From contig JBEBBT010000134.1 of the NCBI GenBank assembly GCA_041158245.1, forward strand, positions 1 through 53,605: a stretch of DNA of 53,605 bases. Reading direction: 5' to 3'. This document shows, in pieces, positions 1 through 9,438 of this stretch. Source of the DNA: Actinomycetota bacterium (GTDB lineage: Bacteria; Actinomycetota; Actinomycetes; S36-B12; UBA5976). The notes beneath the pieces were generated by a model that saw only the letters and a program-made list of their open reading frames with translations, searched no databases and was not told the DNA's origin. The translations under genes were made by a program, and so were the position numbers. Position 1 is the stretch's first letter; each line of letters starts with the position of its first letter.

Positions 1-975
1 ACTGGCTTGCAAATGTGGCTGGCTAACACGCTCGCTCATTTAAGTAGTGAGAACTCGGCTGCCTTGTTCGTTTACATTACTTGGCTAACGAATCTAATTC
101 TCATTGCAATTGCAGTTATGGTTTTCGCCAAAATTCGTAAACCAAATATTGAGGCCAATTGGTGGATGGCATTCTCACCTGCAATCTTTTTTGTCCTAGC
201 TATTAATTGGGATGCACTTCCAGTGTTAGCTGTGGTTTGCGCTTTGTTTTATTGGCAGCGAGATCGGCCTATCGCTTCAGGTGTAATGATTGCAATTGGA
301 ACAGCCGCGAAGCTCTTTCCTGCCTTGCTAATTCCAGCCCTTGCCCTTGATGCACTTCGCAAACGCAATTATTCGTCTGCATTGACCATGACTATTAGCA
401 GTGTCATTTTCTGGCTCTTAATAAATCTTCCGGTTTATGTGAATGCCAACGATGGTTGGTGGGAGTTCTACAATTTCTCGAAGTCGCGCGGAATAGATTT
501 TGGATCAATCTATCTCGCATTCAGAAATCTATTTGAGATAAGTATCTCAACCAATCTCGCGAATTCAATTGGTCTAGGTTCGGTAGTCGTAGCGTTTCTA
601 ATTGCATTGGTCTATCACCGAAAACTAAATGCAGCAGAAATTTTCTTGTTGTTGCTCGGAGCATTTCTTTTGTTTAACAAGGTTTATTCGCCACAGTATT
701 GGTTATGGCTAACTCCGATATTTGCACTAACTTTGCAAAGTCGCTGGCAATGGATCTTCTGGAATGCAACTCAGTTTCTTTATTTCTTCGGAATCTGGCG
801 CTATTTATTATTCTTACAAGACTCGTTAGCGAGCGGAGCGATCAACGAACAGATTTACAGCCTGATTCTGCTAGCGCAATGGTTCACAACATTTGTCTTA
901 ATTTTGTTGGTTTTGAAAAATGCAATTAAAGGTTCAGGTCGATCACGACTGGGGCGTGGTCGGACCCGCCTTTAG
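1..975 (+). CDS. Polytopic integral membrane protein, C-terminal part (5' end off-window); possibly a GT-C type glycosyltransferase (DUF2029/GT87-like)
   Basis: The frame is open from base 1. There are many hydrophobic helices and a KVYSPQYWLWL segment. It sits upstream of rpsF-ssb-rpsR-rplI, as recalled for Rv0051-type proteins. The family call is tentative. Confidence 0.45.
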   Translation, partial: TGLQMWLANTLAHLSSENSAALFVYITWLTNLILIAIAVMVFAKIRKPNIEANWWMAFSPAIFFVLAINWDALPVLAVVCALFYWQRDRPIASGVMIAIGTAAKLFPALLIPALALDALRKRNYSSALTMTISSVIFWLLINLPVYVNANDGWWEFYNFSKSRGIDFGSIYLAFRNLFEISISTNLANSIGLGSVVVAFLIALVYHRKLNAAEIFLLLLGAFLLFNKVYSPQYWLWLTPIFALTLQSRWQWIFWNATQFLYFFGIWRYLLFLQDSLASGAINEQIYSLILLAQWFTTFVLILLVLKNAIKGSGRSRLGRGRTRL

Positions 976-1705
976 CTTTTCGCTCATCGCGATCAATCCA
1001 AACATCTTTGGCTAGTTTTGTGAAAGTGGCGTTTGCATAAACCAAATCAATTCGCATGCCCATACCTTTTTGAAACATTAACGCTCGGTAGTCCCAAAAA
1101 GTAAATGGTTTCCCTTTCAATGTGCGCGGCATAATTTCAGTAAGTCCAACTTCATTAAGTTCCAAGACAGCTGCACGTTCAGCCGGAGTTACATGAGTTG
1201 CATTCTCAAAATCTTTTATATCCCAAACATCATCGTCATTGGGCGCGACATTGAAATCGCCAATAATTGCGTAAGGCAAATCCCCTGCAGCATTTTCTTT
1301 TTCTGCCGTGTTGCGCAGTGCTTTCAACCATTCGAGTTTGTAATTGAAATGATCGTGATCCACTTCGCGTCCGTTTGGAACATAGACACACCAAACCCGC
1401 ACTCCATTACAAGTAGCTCCAATTGCGCGAGGTTCAATTCCGTCTTCAAATACCGGTTGGTCAATTAAGTTTTCAACCACATCTCTTATGCCGACTTTTG
1501 AAATTATGGCAACGCCGTTCCATCTGCCAGTTCCGAGAGCCGCGACTTCATATCCAAGTTTTTCGAACTCGGCGGTCGGGAAATTTTCAGTCGTACATTT
1601 GAGTTCCTGCATCGCGACCACATCAGGTTGATTCGCCTCCACCCAAGCGACAACCCTTTCAAGTCTGGCTCCGATTGAATTCACGTTCCAAGTCACTATG
1701 CGCAT
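926..1705 (-). CDS. xthA: Exodeoxyribonuclease III (AP endonuclease, EEP family)
   Basis: 259-aa ORF with WNVNS, QELK, GDFNVAP and SDHAPV motifs typical of ExoIII. Confidence 0.9.
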   Translation of the reverse strand: MRIVTWNVNSIGARLERVVAWVEANQPDVVAMQELKCTTENFPTAEFEKLGYEVAALGTGRWNGVAIISKVGIRDVVENLIDQPVFEDGIEPRAIGATCNGVRVWCVYVPNGREVDHDHFNYKLEWLKALRNTAEKENAAGDLPYAIIGDFNVAPNDDDVWDIKDFENATHVTPAERAAVLELNEVGLTEIMPRTLKGKPFTFWDYRALMFQKGMGMRIDLVYANATFTKLAKDVWIDRDERKAKGGSDHAPVVIDLNL

Positions 1706-1845
1706 TCGCGGAGTCTAAGCGCAGGATTTGCGCACAAAATAAGCGGAAAGTTGGGCAAAATCTCCTTTTTGAGTACCCTTCGCCGGTTCATTACGAACCC
1801 CGAACGCACCTAGGTCAGATGCCTAACCGCGCCGGGAACGCAATG

Positions 1846-1889
1846 CCCTCCTGCCACGGAAAGACCGTGGCCGACAAGCCCGTAGGAGG
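1846..1889 (+). promoter_or_regulatory. Candidate structured rpsF 5' leader: anti-SD CCTCCT, an internal 7-bp hairpin, then SD AGGAGG
   Basis: CCTCCT (1847-1852) is the exact complement of the SD AGGAGG (1884-1889). The hairpin GCCACGG-AAAGA-CCGTGGC lies at 1853-1871. Ribosomal-protein leaders that bind S6:S18 are known for rpsF operons. Confidence 0.35.
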
Positions 1890-1900
1890 TGTTACTAAGC

Positions 1901-2191
1901 ATGCGTCATTATGAAGTTATGGTCATCCTTGATCCAGATCTAGAGGAACGTACCGTCGCGCCATCGCTCGATACCTATTTGAACGTCGTCAAAAAAGACG
2001 GCGGAACTGTCAACAAGGTTGATATTTGGGGTCGCCGCCGCTTGGCATTCGACATCAACAAAAAAGCCGAAGGCATTTATGCCGTGCTTGATCTCCAGTG
2101 CTCACCAGCCGCTGTAGCTGAGTTGGATCGTCAACTTAGCCTCAATGAGTCTGTAATGCGCACTAAGGTCATGCGACCAGATCAGCGCTAG
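1901..2191 (+). CDS. rpsF: 30S ribosomal protein S6
   Basis: [12 protein letters not shown]... matches the S6 family. ATG 1901 sits 11 nt after the AGGAGG SD, so the track start at 1889 is rejected because it overlaps the SD. Confidence 0.95.
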   Translation: MRHYEVMVILDPDLEERTVAPSLDTYLNVVKKDGGTVNKVDIWGRRRLAFDINKKAEGIYAVLDLQCSPAAVAELDRQLSLNESVMRTKVMRPDQR

Positions 2192-2209
2192 AGACAATAG
2201 AGGTAAATC

Positions 2210-2686
2210 ATGGCTGTTGGAGATATTCAGGTTACATTCATTGGCAACCTGACAGGTGATCCAGAATTACGTTTCACTCCATCAGGCGTTGCAGTTGCAA
2301 ACTTCACAGTTGCTTGCACACCACGTACGTTGGACAAGAACACAAACGAATGGAAAGACGGCGAAACCACTTTCTTGCGTTGCCAGGTTTGGCGCACATA
2401 CGCAGAAAACGTTGCTGAATCTCTAACTCGTGGAACTCGCGTCATCGTTACTGGTCGACTACGTCAACGCAACTACGAAACTAAAGAAGGCGAAAAGCGC
2501 ACTTCAATCGACATCGATGTAGATGATGTTGGTCCAGTGTTGCGTAACGCCACTGCAAAGATCTCTAAGAATGCTGGAAGTTCTGCCGCAGGTGGACGTC
2601 CAGCAGATTCCGGTTCCGAAGATCCATGGGCATCACAAGCTCCAGCATCAGCCTGGGGCGCCCCAACTGAAGAACCACCTTTCTAA
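2210..2686 (+). CDS. ssb: Single-stranded DNA-binding protein
   Basis: OB-fold N-terminus, a Gly/Ser/Ala/Pro-rich linker and the acidic tip EEPPF. It lies in the conserved S6-SSB-S18-L9 order. Confidence 0.95.
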   Translation: MAVGDIQVTFIGNLTGDPELRFTPSGVAVANFTVACTPRTLDKNTNEWKDGETTFLRCQVWRTYAENVAESLTRGTRVIVTGRLRQRNYETKEGEKRTSIDIDVDDVGPVLRNATAKISKNAGSSAAGGRPADSGSEDPWASQAPASAWGAPTEEPPF

Positions 2687-2752
2687 ACCTTTAATCGGCC
2701 CATCCCGGCGTTAGAAAAACGACGGGCTACGTACAGAAATCGGAGCACCACG

Positions 2753-3019
2753 ATGGCCAGACCAGAACGTAACAATCGTTCAGACAAGAAAATGGATCTA
2801 CGTAAGCTAAAGAAAAAAGCTTGCCCATTTTGCAAAGAAGAAGCTAAGTCAGTTGATTACAAAGACATCAACTTGCTTCGCAAATACATTTCCGACCGCG
2901 GCAAGATTCGTGCTCGTCGCGTAACCGGCTGCTGCACCCGTCACCAACGTGACATCGCAATGGCAGTTAAGAACGCTCGCGAAGTTGCCCTACTTCCTTA
3001 CACATCAAGCGCACGCTAA
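2753..3019 (+). CDS. rpsR: 30S ribosomal protein S18
   Basis: 88 aa, basic, with a DYKD...[11 protein letters not shown] segment typical of S18. Confidence 0.95.
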   Translation: MARPERNNRSDKKMDLRKLKKKACPFCKEEAKSVDYKDINLLRKYISDRGKIRARRVTGCCTRHQRDIAMAVKNAREVALLPYTSSAR

Positions 3020-3031
3020 GGAGATTGACTG

Positions 3032-3478
3032 ATGAAACTAATTCTTACCCAGTCAGTTGACGGCCTTGGAACCCCAGGCGATGTTGTTGAAGTTAAAGAC
3101 GGTTTCGGCCGCAACTTCCTAGTTCCACGCGGCTTTGCAGTTGCTTGGACAAAGGGTGGCGAACGTCAAGCAACCCAGATCAAGCGTGCAGAAAAAGCTC
3201 GTGAAATCCGCGGCGTTGAACACGCAAAAGAAGTTAAGGCTCAACTTGAAGGCCTAAACGTTGTCATCAAAACAAATGCTGGCGATAACGGACGTCTTTT
3301 CGGTTCAATCACCACTGCTGATGTTGTTCTAGCTGTTCGCCAAGCTGGCGGACCATCACTAGATAAGCGCGCAGTGAACATTGCAAAGCACATCAAAAAT
3401 GTTGGAAAGCACAAAGTTGGTGTGCGTCTGCACCCAGCAGTTGAAGCTTCATTCAATGTTGATGTTGTAGCAAACTAA
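3032..3478 (+). CDS. rplI: 50S ribosomal protein L9
   Basis: MKLILTQSV...GDVVEVKDGFGRNFLVPRG matches the L9 N-domain. Confidence 0.95.
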   Translation: MKLILTQSVDGLGTPGDVVEVKDGFGRNFLVPRGFAVAWTKGGERQATQIKRAEKAREIRGVEHAKEVKAQLEGLNVVIKTNAGDNGRLFGSITTADVVLAVRQAGGPSLDKRAVNIAKHIKNVGKHKVGVRLHPAVEASFNVDVVAN

Positions 3479-3485
3479 CAAAACT

Positions 3486-3525
3486 AAAAAAGGGCGATGC
3501 AGAGAAATCTGCGTCGCCCTTTTTA
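3486..3525. terminator. Bidirectional intrinsic terminator between rplI and the convergent phosphatase gene
   Basis: 11-12 bp GC-rich stem (3491-3502 pairing with 3509-3520, one G:U) with an A-run on the left and a T-run on the right. Confidence 0.7.
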
Positions 3526-3990
3526 TTTAGTTTTTAAGAATTCGATTAAACCATCACACGCTGCATTGACCATTGCAAACACTTCGAGATACGCGTTGTA
3601 ATCGCTGTAGTAAGGATCAGGTACTGCCGAACCTTTTGGTGAATTTGGATCATAATCTCGAAGCAGAGTAACTTTTTTCAAATCTTCACTTGTGCGAGCA
3701 AACTCTTTTATATCTTCCAAGTTCGTTTGATCCATCACGATTAGGTAGTCGTATTTTTCAAACCAATCGCTTGCGACTTGTTGGGCAGTGTGCTCAAAGG
3801 TGTAACCATTTTCTTGTAACACTTTTTGAGTTCTTGGGTGTGCGCCATTTCCCGCATGCCAACCGGCGGTTCCACCACTTACAACTTCTACGTCCAACCC
3901 TGCCAATGCCACCTTGCCACGCATTACGTGTTCTGCCATTGGCGAGCGGCAAATGTTGCCCATGCAGACCATCGCTACCTTGATTGTCAT
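3523..3990 (-). CDS. Low-molecular-weight protein-tyrosine phosphatase
   Basis: CMGNICRSP contains the C-X5-R-S P-loop, and DPYY is near the C-terminus. The start is moved to the ATG at 3990 (GAGGA SD upstream); the track ORF extends to 4071. Confidence 0.85.
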   Translation of the reverse strand: MTIKVAMVCMGNICRSPMAEHVMRGKVALAGLDVEVVSGGTAGWHAGNGAHPRTQKVLQENGYTFEHTAQQVASDWFEKYDYLIVMDQTNLEDIKEFARTSEDLKKVTLLRDYDPNSPKGSAVPDPYYSDYNAYLEVFAMVNAACDGLIEFLKTK

Positions 3991-4097
3991 GGGGGTATCC
4001 TCGCAAATGCCATCCCAAATTGTGAGAACTGCCAAATGGGTTTTTATCCACGGACTGGGGATAAAAATCACTCACAAAATGGCAGTTTTCCCCGTTT

Positions 4098-4106
4098 TTG
4101 TCCACA
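4098..4106 (+). promoter_or_regulatory. Exact DnaA-box-like 9-mer TTGTCCACA in the ptp/dnaB divergent region
   Basis: TTGTCCACA at 4098-4106 matches the Streptomyces-type DnaA box as recalled. A second 8/9 box, TTATCCACg, lies at 4044-4052 in the same orientation. Confidence 0.3.
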
Positions 4107-4247
4107 AGGTTCGGCAATCTTTACACAGGTGAATTGGCGTGTTTCCACCGTCTATTAACGGGATTTACACAGGTTTATCAACAGGGCTGTTGGATTTTTG
4201 TCACTCATCCTCGCTACAACTGCCCCCTATTCAATTAAGAGGTGAAC

Positions 4248-5597
4248 ATGAGCGTGCACGAGCTGCCGAATTACTCGGACCAAGCCGGACCAGATCGACT
4301 TCCACCTCAAGATATAGCCGCCGAAGCAAGTGTTCTCGGTTCGATGCTACTTTCAAAAGATGCAATCAATGATGTTGCATTTTTAAAACCTGAAGATTTC
4401 TACAGACCGAATCACCAGACCATTTATTCGGTCATGCAAATGTTATCTCTTTCAGATAGTCCAGTTGATGCTGTCACAGTTGCATCTGAACTTACAAAAC
4501 GTGGCGAACTAACAAAAGTTGGTGGCGCCGCATATTTGCACACACTTGTTTCAGGCGTTCCAACAGCTGCCAATGCTGATTACTACGCGCAGATTGTGCG
4601 TGACCGCGCAATCTTGCGTCGATTAGTTGAAGTTGGCACTCGCATCACTCAAATGGGATACAGCGGCACGGGTGAAGTTGACGACATTGTGGATCGCGCC
4701 CAATCTGAAGTTTTTGGCGTAAATGAAAGTCGCTCCGAAGATTTCAAACCATTGAGCGAAGTTATGCCAGTAATTTACGATGAACTCGAAGCAATGGGTC
4801 AAAGAAAAGAAGGCTTGATTGGTGTTCCAACAGGTTTCTACGAACTTGATGATGTAACCCAAGGATTTCAAAAGGGTCAGTTGATTATTGTTGCTGGACG
4901 TCCAGGTCAAGGTAAAACCACTTTGGGAATGGACTTTGTTCGTTCAGCATCTTTGAAGCACAACATGCCAACCGCATTCTTCTCACTTGAAATGTCGAAC
5001 TCAGAAATCGTTATGCGTATGTTGTCTGCTGAATCTGGAATTCCGCTAACAAATATTCGTCACGGAAAAATTTCTGAATCTCAATGGGGAACACTTGCAG
5101 TCAAGATGGGTGAAATTGCAGCTAAGCCGCTTTACCTAGATGATTCACCAAACCTAACCATGATGGAAATTCGCACTAAAGCTCGTCGCTTAGTTCAACG
5201 ACATGGAATTCGAATGATTGTGGTCGACTACATCCAGTTGATGACATCAGGAAAGAAAGTCGAAAGCCGCCAACAAGAAGTTTCGGAATTCTCACGTCAA
5301 ATGAAACTTATGGCGAAAGAACTAAACATTCCGGTTGTTGCGCTCAGCCAGTTAAACCGCGGTCCTGAAAACCGTGCAGACAAGCGCCCTGTTCTATCTG
5401 ACCTTCGTGAATCTGGATCTCTCGAACAGGATGCTGACATCGTCATCATGATTAGCCGTGAAATGGACAAAGAGAGTCCAAAAGCCGGAGAAGCAGAACT
5501 AATCATCGGTAAGCATCGAAATGGTGTGACCAAGGACATTCAGGTAGCGTTCCAAGCGCACAAGAGTTGCTTTACCGATATGCCTCGAGGAATTTAG
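4248..5597 (+). CDS. dnaB: Replicative DNA helicase DnaB (no intein)
   Basis: Walker A GRPGQGKTT, a RecA-like C-domain and a DnaB N-domain (IAAEASVLGSMLL). ATG 4248 is preferred because GTG 4242 overlaps the AAGAGG SD. Confidence 0.95.
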   Translation: MSVHELPNYSDQAGPDRLPPQDIAAEASVLGSMLLSKDAINDVAFLKPEDFYRPNHQTIYSVMQMLSLSDSPVDAVTVASELTKRGELTKVGGAAYLHTLVSGVPTAANADYYAQIVRDRAILRRLVEVGTRITQMGYSGTGEVDDIVDRAQSEVFGVNESRSEDFKPLSEVMPVIYDELEAMGQRKEGLIGVPTGFYELDDVTQGFQKGQLIIVAGRPGQGKTTLGMDFVRSASLKHNMPTAFFSLEMSNSEIVMRMLSAESGIPLTNIRHGKISESQWGTLAVKMGEIAAKPLYLDDSPNLTMMEIRTKARRLVQRHGIRMIVVDYIQLMTSGKKVESRQQEVSEFSRQMKLMAKELNIPVVALSQLNRGPENRADKRPVLSDLRESGSLEQDADIVIMISREMDKESPKAGEAELIIGKHRNGVTKDIQVAFQAHKSCFTDMPRGI

Positions 5598-5695
5598 TTC
5601 AAACACTTTGCAAATGTCTGACATTTTCTGTCTTGACTTAACAAAACAAAGCGAGCAGAGTTATCACCTTAAGATTCAAAAGTTTTAGGGTAAGA

Positions 5696-7060
5696 GTGAA
5701 CACAATAGATCCATCACGGCTGGCTGACTTAATCGCGCGCGAACGCGCTCTATATATAGAAAAGCACCCGAAGTCTCATGCGGCATTTAAAGCTGCAGAC
5801 AATCTATTTGGCCGAGTGCCAATGACTTGGATGAACAAATGGTCGGGCGGCTTCCCACTTTATTTAGACAGCGCACACGGAAATCGGATTAAAGACATCG
5901 ATGGAAATGAGATCATCGATTTCGCGCTAGGTGATACAGGCGCGATGACTGGTCATAGTCCAAAAGAAACCGTAGATGCTGTTAGAAACCGACTAGAAAA
6001 TTTAGGTGGCATCACCACCATGCTTCCAACCACTGATGCGCAGTGGGTAGGTGAAGAACTAACTCGAAGATTCGGTCTGCCACTTTGGTCTTTCACACTT
6101 TCGGCGACAGACGCAAATCGCTGGGCAATTCGACTCGCACGTTTGGCAACTGGCCGTGAAAAGATTTTAGTTTTTGCATACGCCTATCACGGCAGTGTTG
6201 ATGAAACTTTTGCAGTTCCAGATGAAAATGGAAAAGCTGTTTCGCGCCCAGGAAATGTTGCACCTCCAGTGCCACTTGATTTAACAACTCGAGTTGTTGA
6301 GTTCAATGACATCGAAGCAGTACGTCGGGAACTTGCAAATGGAGACGTGGCCGCAGTTTTAACAGAACCTGCAATGACAAACATCGGAATTGTTTTACCT
6401 CAATCTGGGTTTATGGATGAACTTAGAAAAGCCTGTGATGAAACCGGCACACTTTTGATGATTGATGAAACCCACACAATTTCTGTCGGACCAGGTGGTG
6501 CTACTAAAGCGTGGGGATTGAAACCCGACATTTTCATTATCGGAAAAGCAATTGGTGGTGGAATTCCATCTGGCACTTATGGAATCACAGAAAGCTTGGC
6601 TCGCAAAATTACTGCGCATGAAGAAGCTGACATCGTTGATGTTGGTGGTGTGGGTGGAACTTTGGCAGGAAATGCACTTTCAATAGCAGCAATGCGCGCC
6701 ACACTTGAGAGCGTGCTTACCGATGATTCTTGGCCAAGAATGATTGAACTTGCAACTGCATTTCGCGAAGGAGTTGAAAGCGCAATTGCAGAGTGCGATC
6801 TTCCTTGGACTTGCACGCAACTCGGAGCACGTGCTGAATACAGATTTGCGAATCCGGCTCCAGTCAACGGAAGTGAATCGGCTCAGGCCGCTGATGCAGA
6901 TCTTGAAGAGTATTTCCACTTATACACCGCAAATCGTGGTGTCCTGATTACTCCGTTTCACAACATGGCATTGATGTGTCGCGATACGCAAATGAGCGAT
7001 GTCGATAAGCACACTGAACTATTCCGTGATGCTTGCTTAGAACTTGTAGGCAACAAGTGA
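5696..7060 (+). CDS. Class-III PLP aminotransferase, glutamate-1-semialdehyde aminomutase-like
   Basis: 454 aa with IIGKAIGGGIP (PLP-lysine context of the GSA-AM family) and LMIDETHT. GTG start. Confidence 0.8.
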   Translation: MNTIDPSRLADLIARERALYIEKHPKSHAAFKAADNLFGRVPMTWMNKWSGGFPLYLDSAHGNRIKDIDGNEIIDFALGDTGAMTGHSPKETVDAVRNRLENLGGITTMLPTTDAQWVGEELTRRFGLPLWSFTLSATDANRWAIRLARLATGREKILVFAYAYHGSVDETFAVPDENGKAVSRPGNVAPPVPLDLTTRVVEFNDIEAVRRELANGDVAAVLTEPAMTNIGIVLPQSGFMDELRKACDETGTLLMIDETHTISVGPGGATKAWGLKPDIFIIGKAIGGGIPSGTYGITESLARKITAHEEADIVDVGGVGGTLAGNALSIAAMRATLESVLTDDSWPRMIELATAFREGVESAIAECDLPWTCTQLGARAEYRFANPAPVNGSESAQAADADLEEYFHLYTANRGVLITPFHNMALMCRDTQMSDVDKHTELFRDACLELVGNK

Positions 7061-7074
7061 CAAACAAAAGCAAC

Positions 7075-7518
7075 ATGGACGCAATTGACAAACAAATTTT
7101 GCGCGAACTCCAAATCGACGGACGTGCTTCATACGCAGATATTGCGGAGATTGTGAAATTAACACCGCCAGCTGTTAGAGCACGTATCCAAAAACTTCGT
7201 GACACTGGAGTGCTGCAGATAGTTGCCGTAACAGATCCGATTGCACTTGGTTATACCGAATCTGCAATCATCGGAATCCGAGTTGATGGCCTTGCAAAAG
7301 ATGTTGCTGACCGACTTGGTGAAATCAAGAACGTTATTTACATGGTTATGTCTGTTGGTGGATATGACATCATGTGCGAGATTGTCTGCCAAAGCCGAGA
7401 GGAATTCGCAGCAGTGTTACATAACCAAATTAGAAGCATCGAAGGCGTGCGCTCAGCCGACGCATTCCCATACACAAGCATTCATACCCAGCGATTTAGC
7501 TGGGATGTTCCAAACTAA
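7075..7518 (+). CDS. Lrp/AsnC family transcriptional regulator
   Basis: MDAIDKQILRELQIDGRASYADIA forms the HTH, followed by a C-terminal RAM/AsnC_trans_reg domain. An alternative GTG at 7057 overlaps the upstream stop (GTGA). Confidence 0.85.
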   Translation: MDAIDKQILRELQIDGRASYADIAEIVKLTPPAVRARIQKLRDTGVLQIVAVTDPIALGYTESAIIGIRVDGLAKDVADRLGEIKNVIYMVMSVGGYDIMCEIVCQSREEFAAVLHNQIRSIEGVRSADAFPYTSIHTQRFSWDVPN

Positions 7519-7527
7519 AGGTTGAAG

Positions 7528-8319
7528 ATGAAAAAAATCATTGTTGCAATTGCCCTGCTGTTTGCAATCACAGGTTGCGCAAATAATTCAGCATCTGATC
7601 CTTTGCCTACCGAATCAAATAGCGCATCGAGCGAGGAAATTGAAGTTTCTTCACTCGACAAACTTGTAGTTTCTACTTACTCCTTGCCGATGGATAAAAC
7701 TTACGATCACATCGATGCAGTGAAATTGACTGTGAAAGACGGTGCGGACGATGTGACTGTAAGAATTGCAAACGAAGTTAATTCTTGGATAGCGTCACAA
7801 ATTGCTGATTTTCAAGCTAACGCAGAGACTTTATATAAAAAAGATAAAAAGTCTGCGACAGTTTTAGAGTTCAACTTAACCTATGATGAATCAGCAATCA
7901 GTAAACGTGTTTATGCACTTACATTCACCGACTACCGATATGAAGGCGGAGCACATGGTTCTAGCACTGTGACCACCTTCGCCTTTGACCTTTCGGATGG
8001 ATCACGCTTTGATCTTGTCTCACAAATTGACCCAGCAAAGCGTGTTCAATTCAACGAAATGGTTGCAAGCGCATTAGGAGAACAAGCCGGAACTTTTGGT
8101 GTGGACTTAGATTCAAAAGAAGCCATCCTTTCTGCTTTAAATGACGACAAAAATTACAGCGCTTGGTTTGCTTCAAAAACCGATGGAATTGCAATAATTT
8201 TTCAACAGTATGCAGTAGGCCCATATTCCTCTGGTCAACCCACAATCGGTTTAAGCTGGGATGAAGTAAAGCAATTCTTAAAGTCTGATTCACTTTTGGC
8301 CTCGGAGTTTGCAAACTAA
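7528..8319 (+). CDS. Lipoprotein with DUF4163/DUF3298-like domain
   Basis: Signal peptide with lipobox ITGC. The YEGGAHGSS segment is typical of DUF3298 (RsiV-like extracytoplasmic domain). Confidence 0.65.
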   Translation: MKKIIVAIALLFAITGCANNSASDPLPTESNSASSEEIEVSSLDKLVVSTYSLPMDKTYDHIDAVKLTVKDGADDVTVRIANEVNSWIASQIADFQANAETLYKKDKKSATVLEFNLTYDESAISKRVYALTFTDYRYEGGAHGSSTVTTFAFDLSDGSRFDLVSQIDPAKRVQFNEMVASALGEQAGTFGVDLDSKEAILSALNDDKNYSAWFASKTDGIAIIFQQYAVGPYSSGQPTIGLSWDEVKQFLKSDSLLASEFAN

Positions 8320-9395
8320 TGAATAAACCAACAGTGCGCTCGGACCTACAAAGCTTGCCGGCTTACAAAGCGGGCCAAAAACTTCAACCGCGAGATGGTC
8401 TCGAAGTTTTTAAGCTCAGCAGTAACGAAAATACTTTTTCTCCGTTGCCTTCAGTGCTTGATGCAATAAATAAGGCAGCTGAAAATATCAATCGATATCC
8501 AGACCCGATGAACACTGAAATGATTTCAGCAATTGCTAAATCAATTGGCGTAGTGCCAGAGAACATTGCAGTTGGAACAGGCTCGGTTGCAGTTCTGGGT
8601 CATCTGATTCAGGCAATGGCCGGTCCAGGTGATGAAGTTATCTATCCATGGCGTTCATTTGAAGCTTATCCAATTTGGATGCAGTTGTGTGGAGTGACTA
8701 GTGTTCCTGTTTCATTGAAAGCTGATAATTCTCATGACCTAGAAGCAATGGCAAAAGCGGTAACTCCTAAAACCAAAATAATCATTGTTTGCACTCCAAA
8801 CAATCCAACTGGAAATGCAATCTCTGCCGCTGATCTTCATGAATTTATGGATTCTGTGCCAAGCCATGTATTAGTGATTATTGATGAAGCGTACGAAGAC
8901 TTCGTCACAGATCCGCAAATGGTCGCTGGAATGGATTTCTTTAAAAAGTATCAAAACGTTGCTTTGCTAAGAACTTTTTCAAAAGCGCAGGGCTTAGCGG
9001 GGATGCGGGTTGGCTATGCGGTAGCACAACCGGAAATAACCGACTTTGTTCGTCGAGTTTCACTTCCGTTTGGTGTGAACATTTTGGCTCAAGCTGCAGT
9101 CGTTGCATCTCTAACCGATGCCGCTAAACGAGAGTTGAAAGAAAGAGTAGATCAAATCTCAAAAGCCAGAGCTGAAATGCTGACTTCATTAAGAGTTGCC
9201 GGCTGGAAGATTGGACCACAGCACGCAAACTTTTTCTGGGTGAATACCGCACATGTTGAGGAACTTAAGAATGCATGCGAATCTGCAGGTGTGGCTGTGA
9301 GACCGTTTCCTGAGGGGATCCGAATCACAATAGGTGAACCTGAAGCAAATGAGAGAATTGTCAAACTGCTTTCAGAGTTTCCAAATAAGAACTAA
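8319..9395 (+). CDS. Histidinol-phosphate/aromatic amino acid aminotransferase (class II, HisC/Pat type)
   Basis: LSSNENTFSPLP, NPTGN and FSKAQGLAGMRVGY (PLP lysine) motifs. TAATG overlap with the upstream stop. Confidence 0.85.
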   Translation: MNKPTVRSDLQSLPAYKAGQKLQPRDGLEVFKLSSNENTFSPLPSVLDAINKAAENINRYPDPMNTEMISAIAKSIGVVPENIAVGTGSVAVLGHLIQAMAGPGDEVIYPWRSFEAYPIWMQLCGVTSVPVSLKADNSHDLEAMAKAVTPKTKIIIVCTPNNPTGNAISAADLHEFMDSVPSHVLVIIDEAYEDFVTDPQMVAGMDFFKKYQNVALLRTFSKAQGLAGMRVGYAVAQPEITDFVRRVSLPFGVNILAQAAVVASLTDAAKRELKERVDQISKARAEMLTSLRVAGWKIGPQHANFFWVNTAHVEELKNACESAGVAVRPFPEGIRITIGEPEANERIVKLLSEFPNKN

Positions 9396-9405
9396 ATCGG
9401 CCAAA

Positions 9406-9438
9406 CTGAGTTGGATAGGTATTTAACTCAGCATTTTT
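9406..9438 (+). terminator. Weak intrinsic terminator after the aminotransferase gene
   Basis: 7-bp stem CTGAGTT/AACTCAG (9406-9412 and 9425-9431), a 12-nt loop, then CATTTTT. Confidence 0.35.

Noticed and set aside
3794-4158. Several 70-110-aa ORFs on both strands in the phosphatase/dnaB region
   Set aside because: They overlap the phosphatase CDS or its promoter region. They have odd composition, no SD and no recognisable family.
4248-5597. Possible intein in dnaB, which is common in actinobacteria
   Set aside because: The ORF is 449-451 aa with contiguous helicase motifs and no insertion.
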